From Candidatus Dormibacteria bacterium (GTDB taxonomy: Bacteria; Chloroflexota; Dormibacteria; Aeolococcales; Aeolococcaceae), in NCBI GenBank assembly GCA_049511615.1, contig JBEKXW010000002.1:72499-136498 (forward strand): a DNA stretch of 64,000 nt, in the 5' to 3' direction. Under the pieces are notes generated by a model. The model was not told the DNA's origin and ran no database searches. It saw only the letters and a program-made list of their open reading frames with translations. Within the stretch, counting starts at the first letter, position 1, and every line of letters starts with the position of its first letter. Below, piece by piece: positions 27,152 through 33,822 of the stretch. A program made the position numbers and the translations under genes.

Positions 27152-27291
27152 CACGGCCGTGCAACGGCCGGGTCGCGGAGCCATGTCAGGTCCGGCCTCG
27201 CCGGGACCTGGTGGCAAGCTCTGGGGGCTTCGGAAGCCGGGCAGCCCAGGGGCGCGTCGACTTCGAGGACAGTGGAGGCGCAAGGGGAGAG

Positions 27292-27501
27292 ATGCGAGCC
27301 ATCGTGACGTGCGAGTGCTGTGGCCATCGCCAGGCGGTGGCCCGCCCGATCCGCCGGCCGGAGACCTTCCACGTGATCTGCCACGGCTGCGAGGGGGTGC
27401 TGCTGGTGGAGGTCACGAGCGCCGATCTCCGCGATGCCCAGGCCCCCACCGCCGGGCGCGCGCCCCACTCCGCCGGGGGAGTGGGAACCCCGGTCTCCTG
27501 A
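27292..27501 (+). CDS. Small zinc-ribbon-like hypothetical protein (69 aa)
   Basis: AAGGGGAG RBS then ATG; MRAIVTCECCGH...ICHGCEG has two CxxC pairs. Not called separately in the ORF track. Confidence 0.6.
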   Translation: MRAIVTCECCGHRQAVARPIRRPETFHVICHGCEGVLLVEVTSADLRDAQAPTAGRAPHSAGGVGTPVS

Positions 27502-27587
27502 CACCGGCGCGGGGACCGCGCGAGGAGCTGGGGCCGGCCTCTCGGCGCGGGCCGGCGGTCGCGGTATCATCCCCGCCTGACCCGCGC

Positions 27588-27661
27588 GGGCGCATAGCTC
27601 AGTTGGTACGAGCGCAGCGTTGACATCGCTGAGGTCTCAGGTTCGATCCCTGATGCGCCCA
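27588..27661 (+). tRNA. tRNA-Val(GAC)
   Basis: Acceptor GGGCGCA/TGCGCCC, D arm AGCTCAGTTGGTACGAGC, anticodon arm CAGCG-TTGACAT-CGCTG, T arm with GTTCGATCC. CCA not encoded. TATCAT -10 at 27565-70. Confidence 0.96.
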
Positions 27662-28052
27662 CGTCCGTCACCGAAACCTGAACTGGCGTGCCTGCGGGGG
27701 AGCACGCGCCGGTCGCGCCGTCACAGTCGCTGCGCCCGATGTTGCGTGGTGCCGGGCCAATCCTCCGCGACGTACCGCGCTCGTCCCCATCGCATCCCGT
27801 GGCGCTGTCCCCCGCGGGACGGTTGCGCGCAGAGTTGGTGCACGCCGACTTTGCGAACAGCTTCCGCACATGGCGGTGAGTCGCCTGTCAGATGGGACGA
27901 GCGGGGTTGTCCACACTCTGCACACCTCTCATCGTCCGGTCTCGCGCACCGATCGCGCGACGCCTGTCACACGCACTCCCATCCGACCCAACCAGGGTGT
28001 TGACATCCCCGCAGAGGACAGTCGTAGACTGGCTCCACTCATGGAGGTGGGT

Positions 28053-28361
28053 GTGCGTCACGCGGCTGATGGTCGCTTGCCGGCGGTACGGCTGTGTGCC
28101 CGCAGCGGGTGCGGCGAGCCGGTCAAGAAACCGACCAACAAGTACTGCAGTGTCCACTGCTGCGCCATCGATCCGGAACGCCTCGAGCGGCTCCGGACCC
28201 AGGCGCACCGCAACGGACGGCGCGCGGTGCTGCCGCTCGCGCATCAGCTCGCGTTGGAGATGTGGGGCTCGTCGTCGCTCGCCAATCCCGAGGCCGAGAT
28301 CGATCTCGTCGGCGAGGGACGCGAGGACGTGCCGCGGGGCATGTCCCGGCTGGCCGTCTGA
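28053..28361 (+). CDS. Small Cys-rich hypothetical protein (putative zinc finger)
   Basis: TTGACA (28000-05) and TAGACT (28025-30) upstream; GGAGG RBS then GTG 28053 (alternative ATG 28041); CARSGC...KYCSVHCC motif. Confidence 0.6.
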   Translation: MRHAADGRLPAVRLCARSGCGEPVKKPTNKYCSVHCCAIDPERLERLRTQAHRNGRRAVLPLAHQLALEMWGSSSLANPEAEIDLVGEGREDVPRGMSRLAV

Positions 28362-28472
28362 CCCGGAGGACCCGGGTCCTTCGCACCTCGCCCCGCCGCC
28401 TTCCGCGCACGCCACGTCCGCGGGTGGCGCACCCGCGACCCGGGGGCGCCGCTTACGTACAATGCGCCCACC

Positions 28473-30284
28473 ATGCCCGAGGAGGTCGACGACGCCGCCG
28501 AGGCCGGCCTGCCGCTGGAGGCGCCCGTCGAGCTGAGCCTCGACATCGTGCGCCACAGCGCCGCCCACCTGATGGCGGCGGCGGTCTGCGAGCTCTTCCC
28601 CGGTACCCAGTACGACGTCGGGCCGGCCATCGAGGACGGCTTCTTCTACAACTTCCTGCTCCCCGAGGACCGCCACCTCACCGAGGGCGACCTGGCCGCC
28701 ATCGAGGAGCGGATGGGCGAGCTGGTTAAGGGCCGGCTCGCCTACCACCGCGAGCTGATGTCCCGGGACGGTGCCCGCCGCATGTTCGAGGAGATGGGCC
28801 AGCGGTTCAAGGTCGAGATCATCGACCGGCTCGGCGAGGAGGTGAGCAGCGTGGGCGTCTACCGCACCGGCGACTTCGTCGACCTCTGCCGCGGGCCCCA
28901 TGTGCCGGACACCGGTCGGCTCGGCGCGGTCAAGCTGCTCCGGGTCGCCGGCGTCTACTGGCGGGGCGACGAGCGCAACCCTCAGCTCCAGCGCGTCTAC
29001 GGGACCGCCTGGTTCACCCGCGAGGAGCTCGACGCCTACCTCGAACGACTCGCCGAGGCGGAGCGGCGCGACCACCGGCGCCTGGGCCGTGAGCTGGAGC
29101 TCTTCCACTTCGACGACACCGCCCCGGGGATGCCCTACTGGCTCCCCAACGGGGTGATCGTCTTCAATGAGCTGATCGATTTCTGGCGCAGGGAGCATCG
29201 GGCCCGCGGCTACCAGGAGATCATGACCCCGCTGATCAGCGAGAAGCGGCTGTGGGAGACCTCGGGCCACTGGGACCACTACCGCGACGACATGTTCCTG
29301 ATCCCGGTGGACGAGCGCACCACCTACGGCGTCAAGCCGATGAACTGCCCCAACGCCCACGTCGTCTACAACCTGCGCCGGCACAGCTACCGCGAGCTTC
29401 CCCTGCGCTACTCGGACATCGATCCACTGCACCGCTTCGAGCGCTCGGGCACGCTCCACGGCCTGCTCCGGGTCCGCAAGTTCCAGCAGGATGACGCGCA
29501 CATCTTCGTGACCGAGGAGCAGATCGAGGAGGAGTACGACCGGATCTTCGAGATCACCGACCTCTTCTATCGCGTCTTCGACCTCGAGTACTCCTTTCGC
29601 CTGGGCACCCGCCCCACCGACTTCATCGGTGACTTCGAGACGTGGGACCGGGCCGAGGCCTCGCTGCTGCGCATCCTCGAGCGGCATGCCGGTTCCGGTG
29701 GCTTCACCGTGGAGGCCGGGGACGGGGCCTTCTACGGGCCCAAGATCGACATCCTGGTGAAGGACGCGATCGGCCGCTCCTGGCAGACCGGTACCGTCCA
29801 GCTCGACTTCCAGCTTCCCCGCCGCTTCGGCTGCGAGTACATCGACGCATCCGGGGGGCCGCGCACGCCGGTGGTCATCCACCGCGTCATCTACGGGTCG
29901 CTGGAGCGCTTCATCGGCATTCTGGTCGAGCACTTCGCCGGCCAGCTGCCGCTCTGGCTGGCGGCCGTCCAGGTGGAGGTCGTCCCGGTGCAGGACGACG
30001 TCGACGCGGTCATGGACTGCGCCCGGGGCCTGGTCGGACGCCTGGAGGCGGCGGGGCTCCGGGCCGCGGTCAGCGACCACCCCGGCGAGCGGATGCAGGC
30101 GCGCATCCGCGACGCCGAGCTGCGCAAGGTCCCCTACGTCGTGGTGATCGGCAAGCGCGACGTGGAGCGCGGCGACGACGTGGTCACCCTCCGCGACACC
30201 CGTCGCGGCGGGACCCAGCAGCGCAGCGTCGCCGATCTCGTCGCCGCCCTCACCGACGAGGTCGCGAGCCGCCGGCCCGGCTGA
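28473..30284 (+). CDS. thrS: Threonine--tRNA ligase (no N-terminal TGS domain)
   Basis: RHSAAHL, DLCRGPH, RDHRRLG, KPMNCP, HRFERSG.LHGL.RVR.F.QDDAH, GAFYGPKID, GSLERF. Confidence 0.97.
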   Translation: MPEEVDDAAEAGLPLEAPVELSLDIVRHSAAHLMAAAVCELFPGTQYDVGPAIEDGFFYNFLLPEDRHLTEGDLAAIEERMGELVKGRLAYHRELMSRDGARRMFEEMGQRFKVEIIDRLGEEVSSVGVYRTGDFVDLCRGPHVPDTGRLGAVKLLRVAGVYWRGDERNPQLQRVYGTAWFTREELDAYLERLAEAERRDHRRLGRELELFHFDDTAPGMPYWLPNGVIVFNELIDFWRREHRARGYQEIMTPLISEKRLWETSGHWDHYRDDMFLIPVDERTTYGVKPMNCPNAHVVYNLRRHSYRELPLRYSDIDPLHRFERSGTLHGLLRVRKFQQDDAHIFVTEEQIEEEYDRIFEITDLFYRVFDLEYSFRLGTRPTDFIGDFETWDRAEASLLRILERHAGSGGFTVEAGDGAFYGPKIDILVKDAIGRSWQTGTVQLDFQLPRRFGCEYIDASGGPRTPVVIHRVIYGSLERFIGILVEHFAGQLPLWLAAVQVEVVPVQDDVDAVMDCARGLVGRLEAAGLRAAVSDHPGERMQARIRDAELRKVPYVVVIGKRDVERGDDVVTLRDTRRGGTQQRSVADLVAALTDEVASRRPG

Positions 30285-30331
30285 CGCCGAGGGACGGTCC
30301 GTCACCCAGCGCGGCAGCTCGTCGAGAAGCA

Positions 30332-31057
30332 GTGGCCCGCCGCCTTCGCCGGCTCAGCGATCTCGTCGCCGAGCTCGGCCTGGCCGGCGATCCCGCCCTG
30401 CTGGTGACCGGGGGCGAGATCGAGGTGGACGGCTTCATCGTCACCAATCCGGCGGCGCAGGTCCCGGCCCAGGCTCGGATCCGCCGCCGCCGCCCGGCTG
30501 CCCTGCGCGGGGAGGCCAAGCTGCGCGCGGCGCTCGATGCCTTCGATGTCACCGTCCGCGACCGGGTGGCCCTCGACGTGGGCGCCGCCGCGGGCGGCTT
30601 CACCCGGGTCCTGCTCCAGGCGGGGGCCCGGCGCGTCTACGCGGTCGACGCCGGGCACGGCCAGCTGCTGGGGTCGCTGCGCCAGGACCCGCGGGTGGTC
30701 AACCTGGAGGCGACCAACGTCGCCGGCCTGGACCGGGTGCTGGTCCCCGACCCCGTGGAGGTGGTCACCGTCGACGTCTCCTATCTCTCCCTCGCCGGGG
30801 CCGTCGCCCAGCTCGACCGCGTCCACCTGGTCGGATCGGCCGACCTCCTCGGCCTGGTCAAGCCCATGTTCGAGCTGCGCCGGGCCACCGCCCCGGTCGA
30901 CGACGCGAGCCTGGCCGCGGCCCGGGAGGCGGCCGTCCGGGGGGTCACCGCGGCCGGATGGGCGGTGGTCGCCACCGTGGTCTCCCCCGTGCTCGGAGCG
31001 CGGGGCGCGCGTGAGCTGCTCCTCCACGCCCGGCGGGGGATGCCTCCGCCCGGCTGA
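30332..31057 (+). CDS. Second TlyA-like RNA methyltransferase
   Basis: RGEAKLRAAL, LDVGAAAGGFT.VLL, VDAGHGQL, DVSYLSL, VKPMFE. Start GTG 30332, or CTG 30281 coupled to the thrS stop. Confidence 0.82.
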   Translation: MARRLRRLSDLVAELGLAGDPALLVTGGEIEVDGFIVTNPAAQVPAQARIRRRRPAALRGEAKLRAALDAFDVTVRDRVALDVGAAAGGFTRVLLQAGARRVYAVDAGHGQLLGSLRQDPRVVNLEATNVAGLDRVLVPDPVEVVTVDVSYLSLAGAVAQLDRVHLVGSADLLGLVKPMFELRRATAPVDDASLAAAREAAVRGVTAAGWAVVATVVSPVLGARGARELLLHARRGMPPPG

Positions 31058-31060
31058 GCG

Positions 31061-31380
31061 AGGAGGTGCCCCCACGCGGCCTGCCGCGACTCCGTGGCGG
31101 GGTGAACCGAGCGCGGCTCAGCCGCGCCGGTGAGGGGCGGCGAGCCCCGGTGAGAACAGGAGGGGTCCCCACGCGGCCTGCCGCGACTCCATGGCGGGGT
31201 GAACCGAGCGCGGCTCTGCCGCGCCGGTGAGGGGCGGCGAGCCCCGTGAGAACAGGAGGGGTGCGCACGCGGCGTGCCGCGACTCCATGGCGGGGTGAAC
31301 CGAGCGCGGCTCTGCCGCGCCGGTGAGGGGCGGCGAGCCCCGTGAGAACAGGAGGGGTCCCCACGCGGCCTGCCGCGTGG
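31061..31380. repeat. Tandem array of about 3.3 copies of a 96-97 bp hairpin-rich unit (REP/MITE-like)
   Basis: Units start at 31061, 31158, 31254 and 31350 (partial); near-identical with no unique spacers. Confidence 0.92.
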
Positions 31381-31405
31381 GGAGCGGGGCCGTCCGGCGC
31401 GGCCG

Positions 31406-31556
31406 TGGTATGCTCCGGCGCTGGACGCCACGAGCGCCGTCAAGAGGGTCCGTGCGGAACGGCCCCACCTTCCGGGTCCGCCTTGAAGGTCCAGCCACCC
31501 CAGCCTGGATAGCGGAAGCTATCCGTTTTTTTGTTTCAGCCGGTCTTTTCGGGAGG
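31406..31556 (+). promoter_or_regulatory. infC-rpmI-rplT promoter and 5' leader (L20-leader-like attenuator)
   Basis: Extended -10 TGGTATGCT (31406-14); about 145-nt leader containing an intrinsic terminator before the GGGAGG RBS (31551-56). Confidence 0.6.
31507..31532 (+). terminator. Intrinsic terminator/attenuator in the infC leader
   Basis: GGATAGC-GGAA-GCTATCC hairpin followed by GTTTTTTT. Confidence 0.8.
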
Positions 31557-31565
31557 TCCCACCCC

Positions 31566-32201
31566 ATCGCATTCCGAGAGCTGCGGGTCAACGACCAGAT
31601 CCGGTTGCCCATGGTCCGACTCTTCGACGACACCACCCAGGAGGCGTTCGGGATCGTCTCCCTGGAACGAGCCCGGCAGCTGGCCCTCGAGCGGGAGCTG
31701 GACCTCGTCGAGGTCGCCCCTCAGGCCCAGCCCCCGGTATGCCGGCTGATGGACTACGGCCGGTTCAAGTTCGAGGCGCTGAAGCGGGAGAAGGAGAGCC
31801 GGCGCGAGCACAACGTCATCACGGTCAAGGAGATGAAGCTCCGCCCCAAGATCTCGGAGCACGACTTCCAGACCAAGTTCGGTTATGTCAAGCATTTCCT
31901 GGAGGAGGGCGACAAGGTCAAGCTGACCATCGTGTTCCGGGGCCGCGAGCTGGTCCACCAGGAATACGGGCGCAAGCTGCTCGACCGGATGGCCGAGGAG
32001 CTTCATGCCCTGGCCGCGGTGGAGCGCAACGCCCTGGTCGAGGGCCGGAACATGACCATGATCCTGAGCCCGGTCCACAAGAAGCTGAGCAAACCCGGAG
32101 CGCCGCGAGCGGAGGACGATCGGGAGCAGGAGACCGTCACCGCGGGCGGCGACCCGGAAGCCGAGGGGAACCAACCAGATGCCCAAGATTCGCAACCATA
32201 G
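31566..32201 (+). CDS. infC: Translation initiation factor IF-3 (non-canonical ATC start)
   Basis: RVNDQIR, LDLVEVAPQAQPPVCRLMDYGRFKF, KEMKLRPKI..HD, GDKVK. In-frame ATC 9 nt after GGAGG. Confidence 0.95.
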   Translation: MAFRELRVNDQIRLPMVRLFDDTTQEAFGIVSLERARQLALERELDLVEVAPQAQPPVCRLMDYGRFKFEALKREKESRREHNVITVKEMKLRPKISEHDFQTKFGYVKHFLEEGDKVKLTIVFRGRELVHQEYGRKLLDRMAEELHALAAVERNALVEGRNMTMILSPVHKKLSKPGAPRAEDDREQETVTAGGDPEAEGNQPDAQDSQP

Positions 32202-32376
32202 GGGTACCAAGAAGCGCTTCCGGGTCACCGCGACCGGCAAGGTGATGCGGCGGCACGCGATGCAGTCGCACATCCTGGAGAAGAAGAGCCAGAAGCGGAA
32301 GCGGCTGTTCTCCGGGGAGACGGCGGTGTCGTCCGCCGACGTGCGCTCGGTGCGCCGCAACGCCCCGTACATGTAA
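32179..32376 (+). CDS. rpmI: 50S ribosomal protein L35
   Basis: MPKI..HRGTKKRF.VTATGK...H.L.KKS.KRKR.L. Confidence 0.96.
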   Translation: MPKIRNHRGTKKRFRVTATGKVMRRHAMQSHILEKKSQKRKRLFSGETAVSSADVRSVRRNAPYM

Positions 32377-32388
32377 GGAGGTCCCGTC

Positions 32389-32751
32389 ATGGCCAGGGTC
32401 AAGCGGGGAGTCACCCAGCGCGCCCGTCACAAGCGTGTCCTCGACCGCGCCGAGGGAATGCAGGGAAGCCGCCACCGGCTGCACAAGTCGGCCAACGAAG
32501 CGGTCATGCATGCGCTGGCCTACGCATACCGGGACCGCAAGCAGCGCAAGAGCGACATGCGCGGGCTCTGGATCGCCCGCATCAATGCGGCGGCCCGCCA
32601 GCACGGCCTGCCCTACAACCAGCTGATGCACGGGCTGAAGTCGGCGGGGATCGACATCGACCGCAAGCTCCTGGCCGACCTGGCGGTCACCGACACCGAC
32701 GCCTTCGTCCGTCTGGTGGCCGTGGCCAAGGACGCCATCTCCGCCGCCTGA
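32389..32751 (+). CDS. rplT: 50S ribosomal protein L20
   Basis: MARVKRG, YAYRDRKQRK..MR.LWIARINAA, IDRKLLADLAV; AAGGAGG RBS. Confidence 0.97.
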   Translation: MARVKRGVTQRARHKRVLDRAEGMQGSRHRLHKSANEAVMHALAYAYRDRKQRKSDMRGLWIARINAAARQHGLPYNQLMHGLKSAGIDIDRKLLADLAVTDTDAFVRLVAVAKDAISAA

Positions 32752-32784
32752 GGGCGGACACCGTGCAACGTGAGGAGAGAGACG

Positions 32785-33822
32785 GTGGCTGAGGGCGTGG
32801 TCACCGACGACCTGCACGAGATCCTGGGGCGCGCCCTGGAGGCGGTGCGCGACAGCCGCAGCCTGGGCTCGCTCGACCAGGCGCGGGCCCGCTACCTGGG
32901 CCGGGGCGACGGGGAGCTGACCGTGCTGCGCCGGCGGATCGGAACCATCCCCGACCCCGAGGCCAAGCGTCAGTACGGGCTGTCCGTCAACGAGGCCTGC
33001 CGCCGGGTCGAGGAGGAGGTGGAGTCCCGGCGCGCCGCCCTGGACCGGGAGCAGCGCGAGGCCGCGGTGGCCGCCGAGGCCCTCGATCTGACCTGGCCGG
33101 CCCCGCCGCTGCGCCGCGGTCACCTCCACCCCGTGACCCGGATGAGCCGGGAGATCCGCCGGGTCTTCACCCAGCTGGGATACCTGACCCTCAGCGGGCC
33201 GGAGGTCGAGTACGACCGGTACAACTTCACCCTGGTCAACATGCCGCCGGGGCACCCGTCCCGGGATACGCAGGACACCTTCTACGTCGACGAGTACCGG
33301 CTGCTCCGGACCCAGACCACCCCGGTGCAGATCCGGGCGATGATCGCGATGGGTGCCCCGCTCCGCGTGATCGTGCCCGGCAAGGTCTTCCGCCGCGACA
33401 ACGACCCCACCCACTCCCCGGTGTTCCACCAGGTGGAGGGGCTGCTGGTGGACGAGGGGGTGACCGCCGGCGACCTCAAGGGGACCCTCGAGTTCTTCGC
33501 CCGCTCCATCTTCGGCGCCGAGCGCGCCATCCGCCTGCGCCCGCACAACTTCTCCTTCACCGAGCCGTCGCTGGAGCTGGACGTCTCCTGCATGGTCTGC
33601 GGCGGCGACGGCTGCAGGCTCTGCAAGCACAGCGGCTGGATCGAGGTGCTGGGGAGCGGCATGGTCCATCCCGACGTGCTGCGCAACGGCGGCGTGGACC
33701 CGCGGCGCTACACCGGCTTCGCCTTCGGCTTCGGCATCGAGCGGGCCGCCCAGCTCGCCTATGGGATCGACGACGTGCGGCTGCTGTACGAGAGCGACGT
33801 CCGGATGGTGGGCCAGGGATGA
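32785..33822 (+). CDS. pheS: Phenylalanine--tRNA ligase alpha subunit
   Basis: GHLHP, HPSRDTQDTFY, LRTQT, PGKVFRRD.D.THSPVFHQVEG, FTEPS, GFAFGFGIER. Confidence 0.97.
   Translation: MAEGVVTDDLHEILGRALEAVRDSRSLGSLDQARARYLGRGDGELTVLRRRIGTIPDPEAKRQYGLSVNEACRRVEEEVESRRAALDREQREAAVAAEALDLTWPAPPLRRGHLHPVTRMSREIRRVFTQLGYLTLSGPEVEYDRYNFTLVNMPPGHPSRDTQDTFYVDEYRLLRTQTTPVQIRAMIAMGAPLRVIVPGKVFRRDNDPTHSPVFHQVEGLLVDEGVTAGDLKGTLEFFARSIFGAERAIRLRPHNFSFTEPSLELDVSCMVCGGDGCRLCKHSGWIEVLGSGMVHPDVLRNGGVDPRRYTGFAFGFGIERAAQLAYGIDDVRLLYESDVRMVGQG

Noticed and set aside
27907-27924. Replication origin suggested by a DnaA-box-like 9-mer
   Set aside because: Only one good box, no AT-rich unwinding element and no dnaA/dnaN context.
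27662-28040. Integrative element at the 3' end of tRNA-Val
   Set aside because: No integrase gene and no duplicated tRNA 3' end found in the window.
28362-28472. T-box riboswitches ahead of thrS (also considered for pheS and metG)
   Set aside because: Gaps are too short or absent, and there is no T-box consensus or terminator; thrS looks leaderless.
31061-31380. Tandem repeat as a CRISPR array or as a repeat-protein gene (ORFs 30781..31443, 30945..31364, 31118..31636)
   Set aside because: Units are 96 bp with no unique spacers and no cas genes nearby. The ORFs are open only because the unit is 32 codons long and GC-rich, and they overlap real genes.
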